A stretch of 64,000 nucleotides of DNA from an uncultured delta proteobacterium (GCA_963792965.1 CAWBYW010000011.1:94944-158943), one strand, 5' to 3'; positions 11,540 to 22,844 are shown, numbered from the stretch's first letter. Notes: a model not told the origin generated them from the sequence alone. Numbers and translations: made by a program.

Positions 11540-14500
11540 TTATCGTTTGTCATTACCGATCCGTTCGATTTCGTCAGCCAGCGAGCCGAGGAGAAACCGG
11601 ACGACCTCGTCGTTTTTCTCTTTTGCTGCCGTTTCAATCTGTCTGCCGATCATACTGATCTTTTCCCTCCCAAAGGCTCCTCCGGATCCTTTCAGATCAT
11701 GCCCGATCCTGTAGAGCGTTTCGTAGTCGTGCTTCTCAATGGCCTCCAGCAGTTTCTGATGCCTGTCCGTGAGGCTCTTATCGAATTCGCGGTATATCTC
11801 CATGAGCTCTTCGTCGGGTGTTGGCTCTATGTGTTGCGGGGCGGGAGGCATGGGAGGTGCGGCTGTCTTTTGGAGGTGGGCGGCGATCTGTCTTATGAGC
11901 TCTTCCCTGCGCACGGGCTTTGCGAGGTACCCGTCGAACCCCGCGCCGAGGATCTTTTCCTTTTCCCCTTTCATGGCGTGGGCCGTGAGGGCTATGACTG
12001 GGATGGCGCAGGTGCGCTTATCGGATTTGATCAGGCGCGTCGCCTCGTAGCCGTCCATGACGGGCATCTGGATATCCATGAGGACGAGGTCAAACGATCC
12101 GGACCCGAGTGTCTCTATCGCCTCCCGGCCGTTTACGGCGGTCTTAACCTCGTAATCCTCCTTGGAGAGGATCTTCACTATCAGCTTTCGGTTTATCTCG
12201 TTGTCTTCAGCCAGCAGGATGACCGGGCGTCCTTCGCGCTTCTCGATAGCCGGCCCTTCGCACGTGACGGCCGACGGCTTGAATTCGTCCATCATCTGCT
12301 GTATCTGGGTCAACACCATCCGGGAGCTGAGCAGGCTTTCATCCAGGAGCGTGTGCGTGATCCCCTCCAGCTTGGCGGTATCCTGTTCGGTCATCGATTT
12401 TCCGGTGATGAAGATTATCGGGGTATCTTTCATGGTCGATTCCTGCTTGAGCGACAACAGGAGATCGAAACCGGTCGTCTCCCTCAGAAATACATCCAGA
12501 ATGATGATATCGACTTCGTGCCCGTCTTTCAGATAGGCCAGCGCATCTTTCGGGTCCAAAAAGGGCACGGCGGCAAAGCCCTCTTCGCCCAACATCTCGC
12601 TCAGGAAATCGAGGACCGGCTTATCGTCATCGACGATGAGAACCGTTACGCCTTTTTCCGTGCCCTTGATCCTTGTCAACATCTCTATTTTGTTGATAAG
12701 GGCGTTTCCCATGATCGGCTTTTCAAGGTAGTCGATGGCCCCCAGCGAGATCGCCTTTTCTTTTTCCGACAATACGGAAATAACGACCACCGGTATATCT
12801 GCCGTTTTTTCGTTTTTCTTCAGCTGCCGGAGGACTTCCCATCCGGAAATATCCGGCAGGAGGATATCCAGAATGACGAGGGCCGGGTTGTGCTTCAAAA
12901 CGAGGGGCAGGGCCTGGCCGCCGTGCGTTGTGGTGACGACGGTAAAGCCTTTGCCCTCGAACAGGTGCCTGTAGAGCTTCAGGGTGAGTGGATCGTCCTC
13001 GACGATGACCATCGTGTTCGTCCGTTCCTGGGCAACCCGGACATATCGTGACCGCGGTATCTGTACTGGCACCCAAAACGTAAAGACACTGCCTTTCCCA
13101 AGCTCGGAAGTCACCTCGATCTTCCCGCCGAGCAGCTCGACCAGCTTTTTCGTATGGAAAGCCCCAGGCCAGTCCCGCCGTACTTCCGCGTAGTGAGGGC
13201 GTCCACCTGCATGAAGGGATCAAAAATCAGGTCGAGTTTGTCCGAGGGTATTCCGCATCCGGTATCTCTGACCGAAACGGATAACCGCGCGTTTTCTTCA
13301 TCCACCTTATCGGACGCGGGCCGATATAAACACGCCCCCTTCATCGGTAAATTTCACGGCGTTGGAGACCAGGTTAACGAGTATCTGCCTGAGCTTGTCG
13401 GGATCGGTGATGACCTTGGGCGCGGTATCCGGGGTCAATAGCGAGATCGAGCTCTATCCCCCTTTCCCGGGCCTTCAGGCGCGTTATGGCAACAATGCCG
13501 TTCAGGAGCTCGAAGAGGAAAAATTCCTCGCCGCTGACCGATGCCGCCCCTGATTCGACCTTCGACAGGTCCAGGATCTCATTAATCAGGGTAAGAAGGG
13601 TCTGGCCGCTTTCGTAAATCGTCTTGACGTATTCTCTCTGCTCCTCGGTGAGATTCTCTTCCATGAGGAGCTCCGAAAAGCCGAGTATGCCGTTCATCGG
13701 CGTCCTGATTTCATGTGACATGTTCGCGAGAAACTGGCTTTTGGCCTGATTGGCCTGCTCGGCATTGATCTTGGCTTCCTTGAGCTCCTCCTGTAACTTC
13801 TTCTTCTCCGATACGTCCCTGATGATTCCCTGGTATCCAACAATATTCCCTGCCTCATCCCTTCTCACCACCGCGGTCTCGAGACATTCAACCAGGGTCC
13901 CATCTGCTCTCTTATAAATTATTTCGAAGTCTTGTACATACCCTTTGGCCTGAATCTCTTTTCCGAATGTCCTTCTGTCATCCGGACTTTGGTACAGATC
14001 ATTTGTATCGAGAGAAGTAAGAGCATCCATTGAGTATCCAAATAACGCGATTCCCGCGGGATTGAGATCGGTGATCTTCCCATCAATGGTGGATATGTAA
14101 AGGGCATCTTTCGAGGTTTCAAAAATGCTCAGCCACTTGGCCTCGGATCTCTTCAGCTCGACTGTGCGATCGAAAAGAATTTCGGTTAATTCCTCTGCTT
14201 TCTTCTCTGCTTCTTTTCTTTCCGTGATGTCGATGCCCACACCCGCCAGGAAGTGGCTATCTCCGATCTGTACGTCCATCGCGGACAGGAAAAATGGGGT
14301 CTTACTCCCATCTCGTGAGATTAGATCAGTCTCGAAGCTGGATTGCCCTTTTGCAAAAACCCGATTAATCCATTTCGCAATATCATTAAGCTTCTCCTTA
14401 TCAAAGAAGTCAAAGGGGCCCATGTTCGATATTTCTGCTTCTGAATAACCCGTTACTTTTTCCAGGTTTTTGTTCCATCGGAGAATATGTAGTTTATCAT

Positions 14501-15329
14501 CGAGAATATAGAAAACTCCGGGCAGGCTGTTGACGATTGACTCAAAAAAGTTCTTCTCTTTGAGTATTTCTTCCTCAGCGTTTTTTCTTGACGAGACATC
14601 CCGGGCAATGCCCAGCACCAGATCTTCATCGTGGATTACTACCGGATACGTCCTTATCTCTGCGTAAATCTTAGTCCCAGTTCTCCTTTTTAGTATCAGC
14701 TCGTCGGGACCTGTGGGAGTGCCTTCGACATTTCTCGCGAGAATTGCAGCGGCTTTCTGTATCTGATCTTCTGGAAGTATGTTAAGGTCCAGCAAGTTCT
14801 TACCGACCAGACCAGCCTTGTCGAGGCCGATCATAGCCTCCGCTGCTTTATTGGCGTCGATAAGCCTTCCCTTCAGATCAGTGAGGTAATATGCGTCGGG
14901 CGCATAGTCGAACAATATTCTCAGTCTTTCTTCCGATTCTCTTACATCTCTCTCTATCTTTTTTCTTCCGGAAATGTCACGGCAGATCCCGATCGCATAG
15001 TACGACCCATTTTTTTCAACGCGCGACACAGAAAGTTCGATATCAAACACCGACCCGTCTTTCCTTTGTGCCTCCAGTTGCGCCGCCTTACCGATAACGG
15101 GGCCGTTTCCGGTCTTGCCGAAAATCTTCAGTCCCTTTTTCATGGCCTTTCTATATTGATCCGGGACGATAAGATCTATAAGCGGCTTATCAACGACCTC
15201 CTGAGATGAATAGCCGAACATCGTTTCGGCGGCAGCATTCCACAAGACAGTTTTAAAGGAATCATCAACGACGATGATCGCATCGACGGAGTAATCGATC
15301 ATTTCTTGAAACGGGAGTTTTCTTTCCAT
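11540..15329 (-). CDS. Cytoplasmic hybrid sensor histidine kinase: 4xPAS-HisKA-HATPase-3xREC-Hpt; frameshifts near 13400 and 13150
   Basis: Four PAS/PAC repeats ending in RD[IV]S/DIT; [15 protein letters not shown]; SVRDTGCGI and [10 protein letters not shown]; SELGKGSVF; three receivers ([24 protein letters not shown]); Hpt GHDLKGSGG; no TM segment seen. Confidence 0.9.
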
Positions 15330-15428
15330 TCTTACAACTTCTGGCTAAAGAGTATTTTCAATTCCACAGCCTGTCGTACTGTCATCGCTAAGACTCAAAA
15401 GCAGTCGGTTTTCAATGAAATGATCGTC

Positions 15429-15776
15429 TGACCTGTCCCCATTGACGATACCATCTTAAGGGTCAGGCAAAACGCCCTATGTTTCGTGACCGCCTTTCGA
15501 AGACGCGGCAAGTAAGGCTTTGAGAGCCAGGCGGTTGTGGCGAAGAGAAGTGTGTGGCCTGGTGGTCCCGTCCAAGCCCACCTCTCCTTCAAGACCCGAG
15601 CTTCTGTCAGCGTACCATAGCTTTCACCGTTAAGTGACCCATCCCCGAACTTCCCGGTCTGTTGATGACCTATTCTGCGGTAACTCGCTCGTTTGGCATT
15701 TCCTTGTCCGCCCTTATCAATCTATTATATATTATATTCTAACTTTTTGCATGGGCTCTTTTCAGGGGACAGGCCG
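15429..15776 (-). mobile_element. Internally deleted, degenerate IS3-family (IS407-group-like) remnant
   Basis: Terminal inverted repeats TGACCTGTCCCC (15429-15440) and GGGGACAGGCCG (15765-15776); inside, an OrfA-like start MPNERVTAE*VIN (ATG 15699) joined to an OrfB C-terminal-like GKFGDGSLNGESYGTLTEARVLKERW...TRPHTSL. Confidence 0.7.
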
Positions 15777-15864
15777 GTGCCCCATCCCGGAATCGAATCC
15801 GGATACGTGGATTTTCAGCGCCCTATTGGGGACGATAAGCTATTGGCATCACCCGCGAAAGTCC

Positions 15865-15920
15865 TTGACTTTGAATAAATAGTTCGATACGATAAAATAT
15901 ATCGATGATATCGTACCATC
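15865..15920 (+). promoter_or_regulatory. Sigma70-type promoter with overlapping putative MarR operator
   Basis: TTGACT-17 bp-TACGAT; overlapping imperfect inverted repeat TACGATA...TATCGTA upstream of marR. Confidence 0.55.
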
Positions 15921-15939
15921 TTTGTGGAGAATTCAGCTT

Positions 15940-16407
15940 ATGGGAAAGTCTGATGCGCCCCCGATCGATGACGCCTTGGTGCGTGAAGTTGTTGAGATCC
16001 TCCGAGAGTTGCTCCACCGTCTTCTTATGTCGTCGGTCCCGGTCTGGATAGATCTTAAGCTGACACTGCCTCAATTAAGGACTATTTTTGCAATAGCCCA
16101 TAATGAATCTTCTTCAGTTATGCAAATCGCGCTTTATCTTGGGATTGGCAAATCTACGGCGAGCCATCTGATCGAGAGATTGGTACGGGCGGGCCTCGTC
16201 GATCGAAGCGAAGATCCAGAGGATCGACGCCGTGCAACGATTCGACTAACAGCTGCGGGAGAGGAACTTATCGAACGGCTGCTCGGTTGGGAAGAGCTCC
16301 TCGGTGGATGGTTAAGTAAAATTCCACAAAAGGACCTTTCCTCTTTTCGACATGGTTTGAACGAGCTCATGATCACGTTACAAGGCCAGGACGACAAACG
16401 ACAATAG
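15940..16407 (+). CDS. MarR-family transcriptional regulator
   Basis: LTLPQLRTI, STASHLIERLVRAGLVDRSEDPEDRR...LTAAG. Confidence 0.92.
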   Translation: MGKSDAPPIDDALVREVVEILRELLHRLLMSSVPVWIDLKLTLPQLRTIFAIAHNESSSVMQIALYLGIGKSTASHLIERLVRAGLVDRSEDPEDRRRATIRLTAAGEELIERLLGWEELLGGWLSKIPQKDLSSFRHGLNELMITLQGQDDKRQ

Positions 16408-16440
16408 AGCATCTGAAGAAGATCAGTAGGATTCTCGACT

Positions 16441-17238
16441 ATGATAATTAGTTCCGCGTTTGATCCAAGTTTTCTCTGGTTACCATTGATCGGCTGCGCC
16501 GTTGGTTTGCTCGTAACCCTATTCGGCGGCGGTGGAGGCTTTTTTTATGTGCCGATATTGACACTGCTATTCCATGTGCCCACTCAGATTGCAGCCGCCA
16601 CCTCGTTGGCGGTGACTATTCCGACGGTAATGGTAGGGTCCATCGAACATTATCGAAAGGGCAACATAGACCTAAAGGTTGGTGTTGTTTTCGGCGTAGC
16701 GGGTATTGTCGGCGCGCTCGGCGGTGCTTATGTATCGAATCTTGTTTCGTCGGCTCTCTTGAGGAAGCTCTTTGGAGTTTATTCGCTCGCGTTGATTGTC
16801 CCGATGGTGCTCACAAGCAAGAATAGACTCAAGAACCTGAACAATGAGAAGAACTCGTCTCAGCCATTTACGGTTACAAGAGTCGTTTTGAGCGTATCCT
16901 TCGGATTCCTTTCGGGAATCATGGCCGGGCTTTTTGGAACGAGTGGCACCGCATCGATCGTTGCGGGGTTATATATCTTGGGTTTGCCGGTAACTCTTGT
17001 CATAGGGACATCAGTATTGGTAGTGCTATTCAACGCTCTTTCCGGTTTTGCCGGGCATCTGATAGTCGGCCATTTCGATCTAACGCTGCTTCTATTTCTC
17101 GGGAGCGGATCAGTGATTGGTGGATTCATCGGGCCGAGAATACTACCGATGCTCAATGTCCAGAAATTGGAGAAGCTTTACGGTGTTTTCTTTATACTAC
17201 TGGTCATCGGCTTTGGTTTAGCTATGTTTTTTAAGTAA
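16441..17238 (+). CDS. TauE/SafE (TSUP) family exporter
   Basis: GGGGGFFYVP motif, AAATSL, about 8 TM helices, second repeat GLFGTSG...IGTS. Confidence 0.9.
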   Translation: MIISSAFDPSFLWLPLIGCAVGLLVTLFGGGGGFFYVPILTLLFHVPTQIAAATSLAVTIPTVMVGSIEHYRKGNIDLKVGVVFGVAGIVGALGGAYVSNLVSSALLRKLFGVYSLALIVPMVLTSKNRLKNLNNEKNSSQPFTVTRVVLSVSFGFLSGIMAGLFGTSGTASIVAGLYILGLPVTLVIGTSVLVVLFNALSGFAGHLIVGHFDLTLLLFLGSGSVIGGFIGPRILPMLNVQKLEKLYGVFFILLVIGFGLAMFFK

Positions 17239-17401
17239 CCTTTTGCATCAATTGAAGATCGTTCTTCTGAGATCGGTGCCGGACAGGTTAGAGAGTTGCC
17301 CAAAAAGAATACTCATTTGACACATGGCGCGTCTTAGACCTATATAAAAGAAAAAATGGGTTGGCATGGCTGTCAACCCATCGAGATCACCATAGTATTT
17401 T

Positions 17402-17474
17402 CGCGCCCGGCACGATTCGAACGTGCGGCCAACGGATCCGAAGTCCGTTGCTCTGTCCACTGAGCTACGGGCGC
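17402..17474 (-). tRNA. tRNA-Arg, anticodon TCG; CCA not encoded
   Basis: GCGCCCG acceptor pairs with CGGGCGC; D arm TAGCTCAGTGGACAGAGC; anticodon arm ACGGA-CTTCGGA-TCCGT; T arm GCACG-TTCGAAT-CGTGC. Confidence 0.95.
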
Positions 17475-17550
17475 ATTGACATTTTCCCGTGATATCCCAC
17501 CGAGGCCCTTGCGGGTCCAAAACCGCACAACGGCCCACGGGTGTGCACCA

Positions 17551-18774
17551 CTATTTCTTGTGGGCTTTCATCATCTTCGATTCCTTGAGCATGAGGCTCA
17601 GGATCACGTTGATCAGCAACATCCCCACGAAGATCAGCATGAACGGCGTCATGGCGCGGTCCGGGGTCCTGAGCGCGTCCATCCCGAATATAAAGATGAT
17701 CCCCGAGATCTGGCCCGCCAGCACCAAAAGCCCCTGGGAGGTGGCCTCCGGAGCGGGGTGCGTCATCTCGGCGCTGTACTGGTACCCGATGGGCCCGCCG
17801 GCCATGAAGAAGAAGCCGAGGAAGAAGGACGAGACCATGAGGAGCCAGAACGACGTCGCGAAGGTGAGACCGACGAGGCCCGGGATGGTGAGAATCACCG
17901 TGATAACGATGAAGAGCTTGCGCTTCCTGAAAACGTCCGACAGGATCGGAAAGACGATGGCCCCGAAAATGCCACCCACCAGCATGATCGCCCCGGCGTA
18001 CCCTGCCTGCTCGATGGTAAATCCCCGCGGAGCAAGGATCTGTTCTATCCAGGTCGTCACCGCGTTGAACATCCCCAGTCCAATGAAGAAGATAACGATG
18101 AGGATGATCATGTCGCGCTGCCTGAAGATATGCTTGAGGCCCTCGAATACCGTATGGCGCTCGTCGCTGCCGACCAGCCCCGGAAGTGTCGGAGGCTTCT
18201 CGCGCATAAAGATGAGGAAGAGCACGGCGCCGACGGCCGAGACAACCCCGTAGCCCATCAGCATCCGCCCCATCCCAAGGTTAACGAAGAGCATGGGGGT
18301 AAGCGCCATGGCCAGGATGATCCCCACGAACTGCGCAAGCACCGAAATGCCCGCCGCCGTTGCCCGCTCCTGGAGCGGAAACCATCGGGCCGCCACCGCC
18401 GTCACCGCGTTGAGGATGAAAGGCTGAGCGACAGCAAGGCCGAACTGGGCGGCAAAGACCATTGCGTAGCTGCTACCGGAAAATCCCCTCATCAGCCCGA
18501 AGACGCCCGTCAGCGCCGCCCCGATGCCGACGCCGATGCGGACGCCGTAAGTATCGATCACGTAGGAAGCGGGGACGGATACCGCGAGGTAGACGATCAT
18601 GAAGATCATCGACAACACGGCGATTGACAGCTCCGAGACGCCGAAGAACTTCGCGGCGTCCCCGGTGATGGGGGCAAAGGTAATCCAGTTTGCCTGCATG
18701 ACGAGGTTGATGATGAAAAAGAGCCCGAGCACCACCCACCGATAGCCGTAGACCTTGAATGCTTTTTCTGGCAT
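17551..18774 (-). CDS. MFS transporter, resembling FLVCR/SLC49-type
   Basis: About 12 TM helices; KVYGYRWVVL, WITFAPI, AARWFPLQERATA. Confidence 0.85.
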   Translation of the reverse strand: MPEKAFKVYGYRWVVLGLFFIINLVMQANWITFAPITGDAAKFFGVSELSIAVLSMIFMIVYLAVSVPASYVIDTYGVRIGVGIGAALTGVFGLMRGFSGSSYAMVFAAQFGLAVAQPFILNAVTAVAARWFPLQERATAAGISVLAQFVGIILAMALTPMLFVNLGMGRMLMGYGVVSAVGAVLFLIFMREKPPTLPGLVGSDERHTVFEGLKHIFRQRDMIILIVIFFIGLGMFNAVTTWIEQILAPRGFTIEQAGYAGAIMLVGGIFGAIVFPILSDVFRKRKLFIVITVILTIPGLVGLTFATSFWLLMVSSFFLGFFFMAGGPIGYQYSAEMTHPAPEATSQGLLVLAGQISGIIFIFGMDALRTPDRAMTPFMLIFVGMLLINVILSLMLKESKMMKAHKK

Positions 18775-18979
18775 GATTCTACTCCCCACAATGGTGTGAA
18801 ATGGTTTCAGAGAAGATATCTAAACGGGATGATGAGAGAGAAGGTCGGCACGCGTAAGAGAAACGTCGGTGGTTCATCCGCATCCCGTTTTATCTTAGAA
18901 TAAGCACGGCCCCAAGCTCTCGATCGCGAGTGGGGCGGCGAGACGTAAACTCCGAGTCATTCGGGAGACTGGTCCTCGG

Positions 18980-19795
18980 CTATTTTCTCCCCATCTCCTT
19001 TGCGCGCCGATGGGCCGCGTCGACAGCCTCGATGAAAGAGCCGCGCACCCCATCTTTTTCCAGCACGGCCAGCCCCTCTATCGTCGTGCCTGCCGGAGAA
19101 GCAACCATGTCCTTGAGCTCGCCGGGGTGCCTGCCGGTCTCGAGCACCATCCGCGCCGCGCCGAGCACCGTCTGGGCGGAAAGCCTCTCGGCGGTCTTAC
19201 GGGGCAGCCCCGCCCGCACCCCCGCGTCGGAAAGGGCCTCGATGACGAGGAACAGATATGCCGGGCCGCTCCCCGAGAGGGCCGTGACGGCGTCGAGGTG
19301 CGCCTCGTCCACCACGAGCGCCTCACCCACTCCGCTGAAAACCTTCAGGGCCACGTCGAGGTGCATCTTTTCGGCGGCACTCCCCGCCGAGAGGCACGAC
19401 ATCCCCGCGAGGACCAGCGCCGGGGCATTGGGCATAACTCTGACGACGGGCGTCCCCTTTTTCAGCCGCGACTCTATCGCGCCGATGGTGACGCCCGCGG
19501 CGATGGAGACGACCAGTTTTTGCTTCGTGATGATGTCGGCGATCCCGTCCAGCGCCCCGGGCACCTGGGCGGGCTTGGTGGCTATGAAGATGACGTCTGA
19601 AGACCGTGCGACCTCCCGGTTATCGGGGGTGACGGTGACGCCGAGTGTCGTTGAAATATGAGTGAGCCGCTCCTTTGAGATATCGGAAACGGTGATGCTA
19701 TCTTTCGGCCAGAGGTTTTTGGCGGTGATCCCCTTGATCAGGGCCTCGGCCATGTTACCGGATCCGATGAAGCCGAGACGTTGGGCGGAAAACAT
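18980..19795 (-). CDS. proC: Pyrroline-5-carboxylate reductase
   Basis: GFIGSGNMAEA, SIAAGV, RVMPNAP, TALSGSGPAY, SPAGTTIEG. Confidence 0.97.
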   Translation of the reverse strand: MFSAQRLGFIGSGNMAEALIKGITAKNLWPKDSITVSDISKERLTHISTTLGVTVTPDNREVARSSDVIFIATKPAQVPGALDGIADIITKQKLVVSIAAGVTIGAIESRLKKGTPVVRVMPNAPALVLAGMSCLSAGSAAEKMHLDVALKVFSGVGEALVVDEAHLDAVTALSGSGPAYLFLVIEALSDAGVRAGLPRKTAERLSAQTVLGAARMVLETGRHPGELKDMVASPAGTTIEGLAVLEKDGVRGSFIEAVDAAHRRAKEMGRK

Positions 19796-19850
19796 ACGTT
19801 TGTTCCTCCGGGAGCCAAAAGAGAAGGAATGCCCAAGAACAAAACATTGT

Positions 19851-19879
19851 TTGACAATATATACGAAAGATGATAGCAT
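19851..19879 (+). promoter_or_regulatory. Sigma70-type promoter for the ftsH operon
   Basis: TTGACA-17 bp-TAGCAT. Confidence 0.55.
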
Positions 19880-19952
19880 TACAAGATTATTTTATAGGAG
19901 ACATGCTCCAAAACAGGGCTGTGCCCCGTCTTGTGGTTAACACGAATCGCCC

Positions 19953-21794
19953 ATGAATCAATCCGCAAAAAACCTGACCCTCTGGCTTGTGATCATCCTG
20001 GTGGTGATCATCGCCGTGAGCCTGCTTGCCCCGCCAAAGGAGAACGTCAAAGACGTCACCTATACCGAATTCCTCACGCTGGTCGGTGCTTCCGGCGATA
20101 AGAAGATCGACAAAGTGACGATCGCGGGCAAGGAGGTCACCGGCGAAACCGCGAAAGGCATCAAATATAAGACCTACATCCCTGAAGACCCGACCTTCGT
20201 CCAGACCCTGCTGGACAACAAGGTGACCGTCGAGGCCAAGCCCGAGAGCGTCCCCTGGTACGAGACCGGCATGGCCCAGATGCTCATCCTTGTAGGGATG
20301 CTGGTCCTTTTCTGGGTCTTCTTCATGCGACAGGTCAATTCGGGAGGACCCGGCAAGGCGCTTTCCTTCGGCAAGAGCCGCGCGAAGCTGTTGTCGGAGT
20401 CCCATCAGAAGGTGACATTCGAGGACGTGGCCGGCGTCGATGAGGCCAAGGAGGATCTCAACGAGATCGTCCAGTTCCTCAAGGATCCCAATAAATTTAC
20501 CCGACTCGGCGGCCGGATCCCCAAAGGGATTCTCCTCATGGGCCCCCCGGGAACGGGAAAAACGCTGCTTGCCCGGGCGATCGCCGGCGAGGCCGACGTC
20601 CCGTTCTTCACGATCTCCGGATCGGACTTCGTGGAAATGTTCGTGGGAGTAGGTGCGGCGCGGGTGCGGGACCTCTTCGAACAGGCAAAGCGACGCTCCC
20701 CCTGTATCGTTTTTGTCGACGAGATCGACGCCGTGGGCCGGCACCGCGGGGCGGGCCTCGGCGGAGGACACGACGAGAGAGAGCAGACCCTGAACCAGCT
20801 TCTCGTCGAAATGGACGGTTTTGAGTCCAACCAGGGTGTCATCCTGATTGCGGCCACCAACCGGCCGGACGTCCTTGACCCGGCGCTCCTCCGTCCCGGA
20901 AGGTTTGATCGCCAGGTGGTCATCCCGATCCCTGACTATATCGGCAGGGAGAAGATCCTCGGCGTCCATACGAGGAAGGTCCCCATGGCCGACGATGTCG
21001 AGTTATCCATCCTTGCGCGCGGGACGCCGGGGTTCTCCGGCGCCGACCTCGAGAACATGGTCAACGAGGCCGCCCTCGTCGCCGCCAAGAGAGGCAAGTC
21101 CAGCGTCGAGATGATCGACTTCGAGGAGGCCAAGGACAAGCTCCTCATGGGCTCCGAGCGAAAATCGATGATCATCAACGACGAGGAAAAGCGACTTACG
21201 GCATATCATGAATCGGGCCATACGCTGGTGGCTTCCCTCTTGGAGGGTACCGATCCGATCCACAAGGTGACGATCATCCCGCGGGGGACGGCAATGGGCG
21301 TCACACAGCAGCTCCCGATCGACGATCGCCACAGCTACAAGAGAGACTTCCTTGAAAAGAAGATCGAGATTCTGATGGGCGGGCGTGCCGCCGAGGAGCT
21401 GATTCTGGACGAGATATCCACCGGCGCGGGGCAGGACCTCGAGGTGGCAACCAGTCTCGCTCGAAAGATGGTGTGCGAATGGGGAATGAGCGAAACGCTC
21501 GGCCCCCTGACCTTCGGCAAGCGTGAGGAGCTGGTCTTCCTCGGCAGGGAGATCGCCCAGCATAAGGACTACAGCGAGAAAACCGCCGAAGAGATCGACA
21601 GCGAAGTGAAGCGCATCGTCCACGGATGCCACGAAAAGGCGCGCGAAATCCTCGAAAAGAACCTCGATAAGCTCCACCTGCTTGCCGAGAGCCTCCTCGA
21701 AAAGGAGGTGCTCACCGGGGATGAGATCAAACAGATATTGGAGAAGAAGAGGATATCGAAGGCGGAGGGTAAGAAGGTCGCCCGGGAAGCGTGA
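19953..21794 (+). CDS. ftsH: ATP-dependent zinc metalloprotease FtsH
   Basis: Two TMs, [34 protein letters not shown]. Confidence 0.98.
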   Translation: MNQSAKNLTLWLVIILVVIIAVSLLAPPKENVKDVTYTEFLTLVGASGDKKIDKVTIAGKEVTGETAKGIKYKTYIPEDPTFVQTLLDNKVTVEAKPESVPWYETGMAQMLILVGMLVLFWVFFMRQVNSGGPGKALSFGKSRAKLLSESHQKVTFEDVAGVDEAKEDLNEIVQFLKDPNKFTRLGGRIPKGILLMGPPGTGKTLLARAIAGEADVPFFTISGSDFVEMFVGVGAARVRDLFEQAKRRSPCIVFVDEIDAVGRHRGAGLGGGHDEREQTLNQLLVEMDGFESNQGVILIAATNRPDVLDPALLRPGRFDRQVVIPIPDYIGREKILGVHTRKVPMADDVELSILARGTPGFSGADLENMVNEAALVAAKRGKSSVEMIDFEEAKDKLLMGSERKSMIINDEEKRLTAYHESGHTLVASLLEGTDPIHKVTIIPRGTAMGVTQQLPIDDRHSYKRDFLEKKIEILMGGRAAEELILDEISTGAGQDLEVATSLARKMVCEWGMSETLGPLTFGKREELVFLGREIAQHKDYSEKTAEEIDSEVKRIVHGCHEKAREILEKNLDKLHLLAESLLEKEVLTGDEIKQILEKKRISKAEGKKVAREA

Positions 21795-21806
21795 TAAAAC
21801 CGCGCC

Positions 21807-22752
21807 ATGATCCATCCACCCACATACATCCACGATCTCCCGGCCGATTCGGAGAGAATCGAGGAAAACCGGTCCCGTTGCGAGACGGCCGATTTCACTC
21901 TCAAAATCGGCCGCCGGAGCTTTGACCTCTCCCGAGAAACCCTCATTATGGGCGTCCTCAATATTACGCCGGACTCATTTTCCGACGGCGGGAAGTATCT
22001 CGCCCGGGACGAGGCGGCCAGCCATGCCGTGAAAATGGCCGAGCAGGGGGCTCATATTATCGACATCGGCGGCGAATCATCGCGCCCGGGAGCACAACCC
22101 ATCTCGGCGGACGAAGAGTGTCAGCGCGTCCTTCCCGTCATCGAAATGATCCGTGAAAGGACCGACGTGCCCGTCAGCATCGACACCTGTAAGGCGTCGG
22201 TGGCCCGAAAGGCCCTTGACGCAGGCGCGGCGATGATCAACGACATCAGCGCACTGGCCCTCGACCCGGACATGGCGCCGCTTGCCGCCGAGCTTCAGTG
22301 TCCCGGTGGTCCTCATGCACATCAAGGGGACGCCGCGGGATATGCAGAAAAACCCGGTATACGAAGACGTGGTCGGCGAGGTAAGGGACGCCCTGCATGA
22401 ATCGATCCTGCGTGCCCTTGATGCGGGGATCGACCCCGAGCATATCATTATCGACCCCGGCATCGGGTTCGGCAAGACCGCCGAGGATAATCTCAGGCTC
22501 ATCAAGCATATCAGGGACTTCTATGACCTCGGCCGGCCGGTGCTGATCGGCGCCTCGCGAAAGTACTTCATCGGCCGCGTCACCGGGAAACCCGTGACCG
22601 ATCGGCTCTGGGGGAGCATTGGTGCGGCCGCGGCGGCGGCGCTGTTGGGCGCACACATGGTGCGGGTGCACGACGTGGCCGAGACCAGGGACGCGCTTAT
22701 GGTCGTCGATGCGATCAAGCGCGGAAGACTGCGCGGGGAAATGGACACATAA
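21807..22752 (+). CDS. folP: Dihydropteroate synthase; frameshift near 22290
   Basis: MGVLNITPDSFSDGG, DIGGESSRPG, MINDIS; second piece VVLMH, IIDPGIGFGK, SRK, VRVHDV. Confidence 0.93.
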
Positions 22753-22844
22753 GGACGGGAAAGATAAGCGGCTTTCTCTCTTTAGTGGCAACTCACAGGC
22801 CAAAGGTGCTATAATCCTTCGTGACTGAAAGGACGGGATAGACC

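Noticed and set aside
15460-15620. c-di-GMP or other riboswitch upstream of the kinase
   Set aside because: Consensus motifs not matched; the region is better explained as an IS3 remnant
7132-17238. Functional link between the sulfatase and the TauE exporter
   Set aside because: They are ~8 kb apart, on opposite strands and separated by unrelated genes; no direct evidence
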